From NCBI GenBank assembly GCA_965112735.1, contig OZ218955.1:3596001-3660000 (forward strand): DNA of 64,000 nt, read 5' to 3'. Within the stretch, counting starts at the first letter, position 1. Each line of letters begins with the position of its first letter. Position numbers and translations under genes: made by a program. Shown here piece by piece: positions 24,827 through 37,367 of the stretch. Below the pieces are notes generated by a model. That model was given only the letters and a program-made list of their open reading frames with translations. It had not been told where the DNA came from and did not search any database. This stretch comes from Phaeosaccion multiseriatum (taxonomy: Eukaryota > Protista > Ochrophyta, other classes).

Positions 24827-27800
24827 ATGAGTGTCAGCATCAAGGTGGGCGTGAGGTGTAGGCCCTTCACAATCGACGACAGCCTTGGCGTGGACCTTCA
24901 GCAGAACGATGACGAGAACGGAGAGGTACGAGAGAACACGAGGTTTTTGCCAAATGTGCTTGAGGGCCAGCTTCATTCGTACCCTGCGCCCCTCCTACCC
25001 AGTATTCAGTACTTGGTGCAGCCGTAAGAGCGGGTGGGCGGCGGTAGAGATGTGTGAAGGTGGAGGAGGAAGGGAAAGGAGAGATGAGAGACCTTCGACA
25101 AGAAGCCTCAAACATGCGCCGCACCCCCCTCCCCCCCAGCAAGCTGGATAGTTCCCTATTAACACTCGCCTCCCATGTCTGGAAGTGTCCATCGGCAACC
25201 AAAGAGACGCTCGTGGTCGTACCCTTGACCTCTCACGCCCTTCCTGTTGTGCGTCTCTGCCCCTCCCTCCCTAGGTTAATCTCATCAACTCTACGTACTC
25301 GACCAACCGCTTCCCGTTCACTTACGCTTGGTAAGTGAGCGCACCCGTCTGTGTGTGAAGCGATGCTGTCCTGGGAGGGATAGACAGACACCTAAACAGT
25401 ACAGAGGCATCGAGACTTGCCACGCTCGCTCCTCACCCTACTCACTTTCTCGCTACCCTGACCACTGACCACTACCACCAGCCGCCGGCCCTGCTCTGTC
25501 TAACCTTTTCAATCTCCCCTCTCTTCTAACAAGCGCCCCCTGCTGACCACCACCCATCGACCCACGCATGGTCCCATGTCACGCCGGTCCATGCTCCACA
25601 GGTGGTCGGCCTATGGATACCAGCGCCGCATCCAGAGCGACAACGATGTGGCAGATAACATGAAGCTCATCGACCAAGAGGCCGTGTACACCGCCTGTGG
25701 GCAGAAGATCATGAACGATCTCATGGTACGTGCCTATTGCTTGGTGGTTCGTTATGTCCTTCCTTCATTCGCGAATCGTGTGCTGCATTGATTGCCCTGG
25801 GCATTGCATTGTATCCATCAAGCAAGAACCTTCCTTTTTACACTCAAGCAGTCAGTATGCAGCAGCGTCAACGCACAAGCGCAATATCCGTTCGATCCAT
25901 TCACTCGTGTACTTTGCACTGCATGGATGGCCTGCCGCCTGCTCTCTTGTCACGTTTGCTCTCTTGGGCTCTCTCTCCCTCTCTCGTCCTACCTCTCACA
26001 TGCACGCACACGCACCCCCACTCGCCCCATCTCTCTGCCTACCCCTCTGCCTCTCTCCTACCTCTACCCTCTCTCCCTTGCAGGAAGGAAACGCCGTGGT
26101 GCTCTTCGCCTACGGTCTGTCAGGCTCTGGAAAGACGTTCACCGTCTTCGGACCCGATGCTGTCGACATCCCAGAGGCTTGGTTCAAGTAAGTGAGAGCG
26201 TTGGTGGTTCAAGTGACGGCAGTCATGATCCCAAAACACTACGATTGAACTGAACTGAGTGCCATCCATCCATCCATCCCTCCCTCCATCCATCCCTCCC
26301 CTCCCCTCCTCTCCCCTCCCCTCCCTCACCCCAGGCACGCTGAGCCGCATCCTCTGTGGGGCATCTTCCCCCGCCTTGCCTACGCTCTCTTCAAGGACAA
26401 GAAGGACGGATGGAAGATCACGATGTGAGTGAGTGCGTGAGTGAGGGAGGGAGCGAGGCAAGGAGTGACCCGCTCTCACCTTACCCCCACCTCCACCACC
26501 ACCCTCACCTTCACTCTCCCTCCTCCCCTACCAGGAAGTACTTCCAAAACGTGGTGGATACAGTCCGAGACCTCATGAGCCCCGTGGCCACAGAGTCCCA
26601 CTACAAGAACGGCATGAAGAAGGACGAGGACGGCTTCACCGACATCGAGTGGTGTCAGAGCCTGCCCTTGAACACGTGGGACGATCTAAGAGAGGCGTTT
26701 CAGAAGGCCAACAAGAACAAGGCTATCGCCCCTACGCAGTTCAACCATCAGTCCACGAGAGGCCACTGTATTATGACGCTTGAAGTGGAGATGCCGCACC
26801 CCTCGCAAGAAGGTATGTTGCGTCATCGTAGTGTTCGGTGTTCCCATGTAGCAAAGCGCTCATCTTTCCTTCCATTGTCCCCACTCCCCTTTAGGCATGA
26901 AGCAACGAGGCCGAGTGTACGTGTGTGATCTTGCCGGAACGGAGCCCGCTGGGGACATCGTGTACGCCAAGTACGAGAAGAAGGTGGGTCAGAGACGTCC
27001 TATCACCGGTCATTGACTTACACTGAGTCATTGACTTACACTGAATCGAATCCTAAGAGAGAGACAAACTCTGGAGCCCAGGGAGCCAAGTGAGCCTACT
27101 GACGCACACTCAATCGATCATTGACTTACACTCAATCGATTCGTTCACTGACATGCGACAGGTGTTCGAAAACGGAGAGATCGAGCACATTTACCAGGGT
27201 CCTCACGCGGACGCAAAGAAGACAAAGGAGCTGCAGAGCCAGGTGAGTGGCTGGTTGGTTGGTTGGGGGGTGTCAGGGGGACAGAGGGGGATATGTGAGT
27301 GTCTGAGTGTCAGGACAGAGGGTGGGTGTCTGAGCAGAGGATGGGTGGGTGGGTGGGTGTGGGAATGGGGTGTTGCCCATACGCCTCCAACATGCCCTCC
27401 CCTCCCCTCCCCGCCCCTCTTCTCCTCCCATCTCCCACAGGGCATGAAGATCAACTTGTCTCTGTCCGAGATGGCGCAGTTCTTCATGAAGGTACGTGTG
27501 GTTTCTGTTAGACCATAAAGGAGTGTCTGAGTGGTTGGTTGGTAGTGAGCCGACCATTAAGAGAGCCTCCCTCCTCTAATGCGAGTGCGCCCATACGTCT
27601 CTCTCCTCTGATCCTTGCCCCTCAACAGATGGCGGAGGCTGTGAAGAAGAAGAAACTCAAGCCGGGTGCCTCCATCCCGGGCTGCAACTCATACTTCCTC
27701 TGCAAGTACCTCAAGGACACCATGCTGCAGGTAGAGTCACAGTTGTCGTACAGTTTCACTTTCAGTTTCAGTTTCTCGCCGTCAGAGAGTGTGAGTTCCG

Positions 27801-30800
27801 AGTCGCTTGATGAATCGAAGCTCTGCTGTGCTTCTGCCCCCTCTCACTGAATGTGCCGATCCATCCACTACCATCCACTCACCCATCCACCCACAACCCA
27901 TTTACCCACCCACGCACACACCCACCCTTTCACAACAGGCCCGCACGTATCTCTTCTGTGCGGTGCGTCCCGAGGTCAAGTATCACCCCTACACCTTCTC
28001 CACCCTCGGCTTTGCCACCAATGCCTCTGTAGTGAAGCTTCAGCCCAAGAAGGCCACAACCGCCGCGTCGCCAGCGGAGAGGAAGTTGATGCAGGAGCTG
28101 GAGGAAATGAAGGTGAGGAGGAGGAGGAGGAGGAGGAGGGGGAGAAGGGCATGATGATGAAGTACTGGTGAAGGGCGTGCGCGTGTGCGAGAGAGCGTGT
28201 GTGTGTGTGGGCGTGGGTGTGTGCGTGGGTGCGTCGTGACACCCTGCTAAGGAGTCGAAGGGATCTTACACTCAGTCCCTCTGGTGGCTAGCATTCCACA
28301 TAACGAAGTACACCCCTCCCTTCCTTCCCCCCTCTTTTAACAGGCCATGTTCGAGAAGCTCCGAGAAGAGAACACAAAGCTTGCCCAGGGAGGAGGCGGA
28401 GGAGGGGAGGGAGACTCCTCTCAGCTTGAGGCCATGCTTGCCGCCAAGCAGGACCAGCTCAACAACGTACTCATGGGCAAGGGCGACGCGGAGGGCGGCG
28501 GAGAGCAGGTGAGGTGCACGTAACCGTACTGAAATACAGTTACAGAACTATCCTCCTCCTCCGCCTCCTCTTCCTCCCCCCTCTCTCTCTTTCTCTCTCT
28601 CTCTTCTCTCTCTGTCCTTTCCTTCTTGTCGCACCGCTTGCCAAATTGTCTCACAGTTATCGTACACACATCCTCTCTTGTATATCCAACAGGTGGACAG
28701 CGAGGCGGTGATGATGGCGCAGCAGAGAGAGGAGTACGGCAGGAGGGGTATCGACTTGTCTTACTACGAGAAGGAGACCTCTCAGCCCCACTTGATCAAC
28801 ATCGACGAAGGTGTGTATGTATGTGCGTGTGTGCGTGTGTGCGTGTGTGTGTGTGTGTGTGTGTGCGTGTGCGTGTGCGTGTGTGTGTGCGTGTGCGTGC
28901 GTCGGCAGCGAAGAAGGGCGCCCTGCACGTTCATTCAAGGAGGAGGAGGAGAAGGAGGAGGAAGGCCAAGAAGAAGAACAAGAACAACAAGAAGAGGAGG
29001 AGGAGGATGAGGGGGAGGAGGAAGAGGAGGAGGAGGAGGAGGAAGAGGGGCGGATAAAAGAGAAGAATGAATCCTTTTGTTGTCACTTACTTCCAGCCTG
29101 AGGAGCGAGCACATGACCGATGGGAACACGCCTCAGTTACAGTTTTCTGTTACCTCTCCTCAACCTCTCCCTCCTCTCCCTCCCTCCCTCCCTCCCTCCC
29201 TCCCTCCCTCCCTCCCTCCCTCCCTCCCTCCCTCCCTCCCTCCCTCTCTTCACCACAGACCCATTCCGAAACGAGCGTTTCGTGTACATGCTTGGGCGTG
29301 CCGTGACGGTGTTCGGCCCCTCTGGAGACATCCGCCCCCTCTCCATGGGGGTTGTTAAAGACCATTGCAGTATAGAGAGGATCGGGGGCGAGCCAGAGGA
29401 GGCGGCATCGAGCGAGGCAGCAGGTGATACAGCTGCAGCAGAGGGAGAGGCAGGGGCCGGAGAGGGGGAGGAGAAGGCGGAAGGAGAGGAGCCTGCTGCC
29501 GCCGTGGCTGAAGGGGCCGAGGGAGGAGAGGAAGCAGCAGCACCACCAGCAGAGGGGGCAGAAGCAGCAGCAGAGGGAGAGAAGGCGGTGGGAGGGACGG
29601 AGGGAGAGGGAGGAGGAGAGGAGGGGGAAGGAGCAGCAGCAAGCCCTCCCGTGTCTGCTGGCGCTGTGAGGATTGTGCTGGTGGGTGGTAAGGGTGAGAC
29701 CTTTGTGAATGGAGAGATCGTCGAGGAGGGGCAGAGAGTGGAGTTGAAGACCTTCGACAGGATTGCCTTGGGGAGCGGGGAGCTGCTCTCCTTCCGCCAG
29801 CCCGGTGTGGAGCTGCCTGAGGTGAGTGAGTGTGTGTGTGAGTGAGTGAGTGAGTGAGGGGGGGAGGGAGGTAGGGAGGTAGGGAGGTAGAGAGGGAGGG
29901 AGAGAGGGGAAGAGGGACGCAGAGAGAGGGATGGAGAGAGAGTGAGGTACTAAACTGTTGTTGTTGTTGTTGCTGCTGTTGCTGCTGCTGACGATGTTGC
30001 TGCTGTTGATGTTGTTGCTGTGTCGTGTTCTCTCGCCCCATCGCCTTCCCCAAGGGCCAAGACGCACCCACCCCCGAAGAGGCCGTGGAGGAGCTGCAGA
30101 GAGCGATGGCCAGCAAGGACACAAAGGCACAAGCCATGCTGGAGGAGAGAATGAAGGCCTTCGAGGATGAGAAGAAGAAGTGGTGAGTTGGGGGGGGGGG
30201 GGGGGGATGGAGGGAGGAAAGGAGGGGAGGGAGGGAGGGTTCAGAGGGAGCTTTGTCCTTCGTGCTCCCCATCAATGCGACGCGACGTGACAATACGTAA
30301 CCCTTCCTTGACTTACTGACAGGGCGGAGCGGCAGCAGCATGCGGCGGACTCCGGAGCGACATTCGACGATGAAGAGCCCACCATGGATGAGGAGAAGGA
30401 GCGGGCCTGGCAGGCCATCGACAGGGATATTCTCGAGGTGAGGGCAGAGCAGGCAGGGCAGACTCTCGAGAGGGGCTCTCGAGAAGGGCTATCGAGAGAG
30501 GCTTTTGGAGAGCTCAAGAGGGCTCTCTCTTTCTCGTACCTCACTCGCTCCGTGCTGATTGGCACTCACTCACCCACGCCACTCACGCAATCCGCGCTGA
30601 GTGGCACTCACTCACTGCCTCACTCGCACACTGCCTCTCTCGCAGCTCTCTCTCTCTCACGCCATCTACTACCATATACTACCATCTCTTCTCTGATACC
30701 ATCCACTGCCACCACCCCATCCACTGCCATCCTCCTCCAGGTGCTGCCCAAGACCAAGGAGGCCAAGAACATCGTGAAGCTCATGGACAGGGACTCCCTC

Positions 30801-31601
30801 ACCTTCGACGTAGCCCTGCAGCGCTGCGAGGACAGCTCCAAGAGTGGAGGGGCAGCGGCGGTGCCCAAGGTCAAGGTGAAGGTGGTGAATACGGTGTTCA
30901 GTGAAGGTGGGGACTGTCTGGGATCGAACTCGATTCTGTTGGACCCCATCGACTTCCTCAGAGGCTTCAGCATCCTCAAGGACGAGTTAGTGCACCTCCG
31001 AACGGCCCAAGAGAACGATCGCGAGTACACCGTCAACGATTACAACGACCCCATCAACCTCCTCTTCAACAACACCTTCCACCTCGGCACGGGCATCGTC
31101 TTCCCCGAGTTCAGTCAGTACAACCTCGAGACTGAAGACGACGAGAAGATGGTGAGTCAGAGGCGTACCATCATCCATCATTGACTTACACTCACCAAAT
31201 CATTGACTTATGTTCAGTCGAATCGCGAGATGAGAACGGTGTGTCGACACCGACTAGTGGCTCTCCTTGAGATTTCTCCGAGCCTATGCTCGATAGTGTG
31301 ACCACATTCCTCACTGACTCACACCTAAATCACTACATCACTGACTTACGCTAATCGACCATTGACTTACTCTATTCGATCCTTGACTTACGACAGGTGG
31401 ACATCAAGAACGTGTCCCCACCTTACAACAACATCGGCGCCTTCGAGATCACGTGGACCCCCCTGGGAGGAGCGGATGAGGAGCACTGGGGAGACCCCAT
31501 CACAGAGCCGGAGGAGCCCAAGGACCTAATTGGCAAGGCCTGGACGTATCGAATCAAGATCAAGGGCGCCACAGGTGGGTGTGATGGTGATGGTGATGAT
31601 G

Positions 31602-31633
<32 letters not shown>

Positions 31634-33162
31634 GATGATGATGATGATGAGTATCGAGCACCAATCATCAAGCCTCGGTTTCCTCCTCCCCTTCCTCTCC
31701 CTCCCGCTACTCTCCCGTTCCTTCTTCGTGCTCCAACCCCCCACCCCTCGTCCCGCACCCCCTGTACTCCTTCTCACCCCTCCCCTCCCCTCCCCTCTGC
31801 AGGCCTTCCCATCATGGTGTCCGAGGCATTTGTGCAGTACGACTTCAACGGCACCCTCTTCACCACTGAAACCGTCCAACAGGACACGCACAACCCCCAC
31901 TTCGACTACGAACAAGTGCACCACATCCCGTGCGTAACACAAGAGTTCCTAGAGTGTCTGGAGCGGCCTCTGCAGTTCCACATCTGGGCGTCGCCATATG
32001 TAGTGGCTGCGAAGAATAAGGTTTCCACGTCCAACAAATTCGTGCTGTGCAAGACCCACTCGGAGAGGAGAAGGTCGAGTATGGGGGGAATTGCGGCGAT
32101 GGGAGGCATGGGTGGCAGCGGTTCTGTTGGTGGAGGGGGGGGCGGTGGGAGCGTGCCGCAGTCTCCGAGGGCAGCGGCAGATGCAAACAAGGTGCGTGTT
32201 GGCTAGAGGGAGGGAGGGAGGGAGGGAGGGAGGGGGAGGGAGAGGGAGGGGGAGAGGGAGAGGGAGAGGGAGAGGGAGAGGGAGAGGGAGAGGGAGAGGG
32301 AGAGGGAGAGGGAGAGGGAGAGGGAGAGGGAGAGAGAGAGGGAGAGAGAGAGGGAGAGGGAGAGGGAGGGGGAGCGGGAGGAGGAGATGGGGGTAGAGAT
32401 CAGAGGGACCCAGAGATCAAGAGAGGGAGGGGCTCAGAGAGGATGAAGAATAACCCTTTGACAAGAGAACGCTGTTCTTGATTGAATTCTTACCAAGTTG
32501 TTCTTAACCTCGACCTCTCTCCCTGTCCCTCTCTCTACCTCCCCTCCCCGCCGTCCCGCCTTTCCACCTCCCCTCCCCCCCGCTCCATGCGCTTCACTCT
32601 CCATGACGATCTGTAATGCTCTGTCATAATAATACTCTAATCAGGTGCTGGTGCCCAAGGACCTTGTGCCTCGCTTGGAGGCGGAACTCGAGAACAGCAA
32701 GCTCAAACTCAAGGTGAGAGATAGAGTTGGGGGCGGTACCGCTGGGTGTTAGGACTGGCGGAAAGGACGGGCCATAGGGGGCAGGTACGCCAGGCGGTGT
32801 GCGCTGTTTACGATCGGCGAATCGGAGACTTGAATCGCTACGTGTGCTGCACACACACACTCTGACCTTTCGCATGGCATCCTTCCCGGAGCGCTTACGC
32901 CCTGTGTCATCGATATTCGATGATATGCATCCCCCCTCACCCCCCCTGACCCTGATCCATCCACCCTCCTCTCCCTCTTTCCAACCCTCTGACGCAGTCA
33001 ATGGAGGACGAAATCACGTCCCTGAAGCTTGAGCTGCAGGCCTTTAGGGGCGCTCCGTCCCCCCGGGGCCGTTTGGAGATGGCCAAGAAGCTTGACCAGG
33101 CCGTGGAGGACCTTCCTGCGCCGGAGGAGGAGCTCGCGGCAGGGGGGGAGGGCGGCGCGTGA
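24827..33162 (+). CDS. Divergent kinesin motor protein with coiled coil, FHA-like and C2-like domains (kinesin-3-like architecture), ~21 exons
   Basis: [10 protein letters not shown]-loop [20 protein letters not shown], switch [10 protein letters not shown], switch [31 protein letters not shown]-like [10 protein letters not shown]...HCSI...ETFVNG....[13 protein letters not shown]2-like [13 protein letters not shown]...TTETV...[10 protein letters not shown]. Confidence 0.9.
26984..27161 (+). mobile_element. Candidate introner-like intron A (homologous to intron 31152-31396)
   Basis: 34 of the first 41 nt are identical to the intron at 31152. The two share internal CATTGACTTACACT repeats and a ...cgacag end. 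Confidence 0.55.
31152..31396 (+). mobile_element. Candidate introner-like intron B
   Basis: Homologous ends to intron 26984-27161. The 3' ccttgacttac is a near reverse complement of the 5' gtgagtcagagg. Confidence 0.55.
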
Positions 33163-33570
33163 GGACAATAGTCAGTAGCGGTGAATGAAATGTTGGCCAC
33201 CACATGTGCGTGCGTGTGTGCGTGCGTTGGCGGAGCAGGTGACTGTGGCGGGGGAGCCACGTGTGCCGACGCCACAGCCTGCGATTGCTATAGCTACTGC
33301 TGCTGTAACTGTTAACACTTATTCAGGTAGTGCGCTTTGTTTCAGAGCCTGCTGCTCAACACAGGGGTTGGGCGAGGCACGGGCGAGTCGGATTGGCTGT
33401 GGCATCCACAAGCCCTCACCATCTCTCAGCATCACAATTGATTTTCTTTTCTGATAGCTGTGCGAAGGTCTATTTCAGCCCACCAGAGCCGTTGTTCTTG
33501 CCTCGACCCCAACCGTATCCTCTCTTCCCCTTTTTTAGCCCTCTCTGTATACTTCCAGGGGCGCACACTC

Positions 33571-33700
33571 TTGCCGCCTCATGCAGAGCCAAGCTGTCCT
33601 TTATGTCGGCCACCGACTCGGTCAAGAGCCTAACGATGACAGCGTGGCCTCCCTCGGCTGCGTAAGACAACGTGCTCCAATCGCAGAGCTCATCTTCAGC
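33571..33700 (-). pseudogene. Ankyrin-repeat remnant (duplication unit 1, largely deleted)
   Basis: STLSYAAEGGHAVIVRLLTESVADIKDSLALHEAAR. The upstream part present in unit 2 is missing here. Confidence 0.7.
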
Positions 33701-33803
33701 CCATGTCAACAATGACCCACGCGGGGTTCTCGCTCTTGCCCCCCCTGGGGCTTTTTCACAACCACACACCTTCCTACTCAAAGCAGCCCCCAGCCCACGC
33801 AGA

Positions 33804-36800
33804 ATGCAGTTCGTGAAAGAGTGCTGCGGCCTGGACGTTGAGGAGATCAGCACGTTCCTGGTACGAACATGTCTCTCGAGTTGAGAGCTTCTACTTTGGT
33901 CCCGGGCTCCCGCTCTCTCGCTGCACCCCTTTTCACCCCTTCTCGCCATGCTCCTTGCCCCGCCCTCCTGTCGAGTAGGGCATGCCGCAGCCTGCTGCTC
34001 ACCTGCTTCCTCAGCTTCGCTAACTCGCCTCCTGGCCTGACCTCTTCTTCTCCCTCCCATCCCTCCCGTCCCTCTCTCTCTGTCTCTGCCCATTGACCTC
34101 CCATTCAACTCCCGCGCTTGTTTTCGCAGGCCGCCTCCCCAGAGCCTTTCAGCCCATCCGCGCTGTACAGCTCCAAGGAGGAGAGGAAGTATGTGGACAC
34201 CCAGCAGCGCCTCTCCTGCTTCAGGCTTTTCAAGGATCCCAAGCTCTTCGCCCTCGTGGAATGTATGGCCTCCTCTCCTTGCCTCAAGCAAAGAATTCCA
34301 CAGGGCGCTACCTTCTCTTCTCTTTATCTCCCCCCACCGCGATTGCTTACCTCGTCTTCCCTTCGTCCACCCCAGGCGTGCTGAAGCAGATGAGCGCCGA
34401 GGACGAGCTCAATGACTACATGCTCCTGCGTAACGACTTGACGCACATCAAGTACGCCAAGGGTGGCTTCTTCGAGCGCCACAAGGACTACCTCTCGCTC
34501 ACCTCCAACGTGGTGCAGGAGTACAGCCTCCTCCTCTGCGTCACGCCCCGGGAGCAAGCCGCCAAGTGCCGCGGGGGAGAGACCATGCTACACCTCTCAG
34601 ACAACTTGTCGCACAAGTAAGTTGAGCTGGTAAGCTATAGCCGGTGCATAGCCATGCCTGCCTCTGGGGGAGCGGCGACTCTGCCGGTCTGCCGGCGTTC
34701 CTTCCTTCCTGAACCCCCCTCTCCCTCTAAGGGTAGCTTCTTGTTGATAGACACACGGCCCCTCTCCTGTCGTGTGGCTCTGTGGTGTGCAGGTCCAAGG
34801 CCACGGTGACTCCCGGCGGCGCCCTTCTCTTCCGCAAGGATCTCGTGCACGAGGGGAAGGAGGTGCAGGAGGGTGAGAAGCACATCTTGACCGCCAATGT
34901 GTGGGTAACAAGAAAGGCCTCCGACCAAATCCTCCTCGTGACCTTCCCCGAGCGCCCGGAGGAGGCCGAGGTTGGAGGGGAGCGGAGCTCGACGAAGCCC
35001 CTCTCTGCTTCACTTTTTCACGATGCTGTGGAGGCCCAGGACCGTTCCTACGCCATCGCTCTCTCTGCCTTGGCCGACTTTCCGGAGAACAAGCTCACGG
35101 CACACCTCAGCTTCCTGCGGACTCAAGAAGGGGCCAAAACACAAGGCGAGGAGAGAGGAGCGGCGGCGGCGACGACGGCAGGGGTCGAAGGAGGGGGGGG
35201 AAACTCGGAGGGGAGGCGCGCATCTCAGCAGATCCTCCGCTATGAGTGCACGGACGCTTCCTACGAGCAGTTCGGCCTCATCTTCCGCATCCTGAGCGGC
35301 TCGTACGTGACTGCGGAGGAGGTGATTGCCAACCAGGAGCTGCTGGAGTACTACTGCATCAGCCTCAACAGGGTGCTCGTGGACATGGCTACGCTCGTCA
35401 ACACGGGCCGAGACAAGGTCGTGTCGCCCACTCCGCTCGCCCTCGTGGAGGAGGAGAGGGCGGCTCCCCAGGGCTCGCGCAAGTCGCACAAGCAGAAGGC
35501 CGAGGGAAGGGAGAAGGAGCCTCGAACTTCTCGGCAAGAGGGGGGTCGAGTCGCTGACAAGGAGGAGGGAATAACCAACGGAGGGCAGAAGAGCAACTCT
35601 ACGGGCAAGGGAGGGGAGAAGAGCGGCGGCCAGCAGGAGGAAGAAGGCATCATCGTGTGCAGCAGCTCCGAGCGGACGGTCTACCTGAGCTCCGTGGCCA
35701 AGGGGCTGGGGCTACCCTACGTGCCGTGGAGGATCTTCCTCGTGGAGGGGAGCCTCGACTTTGGCGGCGATGCCGCTGTCGTTGGCCAGACGGCGGATGG
35801 CGAGGACATCATGAGGGACACTGAGAGGCTGCGAATGACCCCGGTTTGGATTAGGTAAGCGCGAGACGGCTGCATGGTTGGTAAACAGACCGGGGCACGG
35901 GGAGCGAGCGAGCTCAAGCGCTGCCTTCGGAGAGAGAACTTCCCTCTCGCTCTCTCTTGCGCTGACTAACGGCCAAGTGCTCCCTCCTCTCTCCTCTCTC
36001 TCTCTCTGACTGGCCGTGTATACCCTCACCCAGCCTCGGGGATTACGACTCAATCTTGGCATACCACTGCCTGGTGAGTCTGGAGGTGCCCGACAAAAAT
36101 CGACTTGCTCAAGTCAGGCTCCTTCTTCGATGACATACTCCTGAAGCTGGAAGAATTACCCCCTGAGTTTCGAGCTGTGCTGGAAGTACCGGACACCCTC
36201 ATCAAGTTCAAGTACGCCGACGGACTGGACGCTGCCACCTTTAGCGCAGAGCGCACTCCAGGTGACGAAGGGGCGACCGCTCAGGAGGGCGTGGGGGACG
36301 AGAGCCACACAGGCGAGTCTCAGTCCGAAGCTTGTGAAGGCAGTGGGACGAAGAGGAAGCGAGTGCTCGCGGGTAGCAACACCCTCAAGACCGCGACTTT
36401 GAATTACAAATACCACCGAACGCAGGATGCGGTGGACTGCGGCCTTCGCCTGGCCCTGTCTCCTGCTCAGCGACAGAGTCCTTGCGGCACTATTGTTCGA
36501 ATGGTGAGTCGCTGGACACTTTCCCTTCAGTCCGAGCCTCGACTTTTGTTCTTTCACAACCCGGCCTCACTCTCTATTCTCATCACGTTTTCAGCGCGAT
36601 TCTTCCTCTCGACTATCGCGATTCCTCTGTGCAGCTTACCGCCTCGATCTCGCTTGGTCCCTGGTGCTGACTCTCTCTCCCTAATGCGTTGCAAGGTGAG
36701 CCGAGTGCCAGTGGACCTCATAGCGCTGGAGGAAGCCACCGTCCTACCTGGGGGGGACTCTTACATGGAAGGCGGCTCCGCTGGCGACCGCCGCGACGGG

Positions 36801-37367
36801 CACGCCTCGCCCTGCTTCCACGTGGACTCTCGAGGGAAGAGCGCCTTCTCCAAGCACGAGGCCGGGGCGGCGAGCCAGCGAGTGAGAGACATGCGGCTAG
36901 TGGAACACGTGAGTCGTACGGGGGTCCTCCTGATACATGTGACTGAGAGGGCTGCCACTGCCTCTCGAGGGTGCGCTGTCTTGCTTTCCGTGCATCGCTC
37001 TCGTCTTGTGCTTCCCAAGAGACATTTCACCTTCCTTCTTCATAACTGCTGGGTACTGCTTGCAACCACCTGATAGGTCAAGGCGAAGGTGGCGTCCACT
37101 TCCTTCCGCGTGCAGCTGCCTCAAATGAGCACCTATCTTGGGCACAGGTCAGTTGAGCGCCTCTGCCGTGCCGCGGACCTGCCGCTTGCCTCCCCGTCCC
37201 TGTATATGCATGTGCCTGTGCTTGACTGTTGCCCCTCATCTCCCGCCACGCCCTGAGTCGCTTTTTGCTTGCTACTGTTGCTGCCACACTGCCACAGCTT
37301 CTGCAACGAGAGCGTGTACGGATCGCTCAACTTTTTAGAAGTCACCGGCCTCATCAAGATGGAGTGA
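33804..37367 (+). pseudogene. 2OG-Fe(II) oxygenase + BTB/POZ-like protein, copy 1; +1 frameshift at A5 run 36095-36099 (pseudogene, truncated allele or homopolymer error)
   Basis: Same 8-exon structure as copy 2. gacaaaaatc (copy 1) vs gacaaaatc (copy 2) gives an early TGA, while the downstream frame is still open. Confidence 0.7.

Noticed and set aside
27750-27776. Recurrent (CAGTTT)n words in introns (also ~2115, 10594, 19976, 23352)
   Set aside because: They are short and occur in both orientations, indistinguishable from the many other simple repeats here.
29150-30341. Long antisense ORFs over the kinesin (similar ones over TPS and MFS)
   Set aside because: They are shadow frames of GC-rich coding sequence and microsatellites.
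33804-33860. Exon 1 differences between the oxygenase copies all fall on adenines of copy 2 (mostly A to G), suggestive of DGR-type or editing-type mutagenesis
   Set aside because: Only ~6 sites are involved, the larger variable patches show all substitution types, and there is no reverse transcriptase or TR/VR pair in the window.
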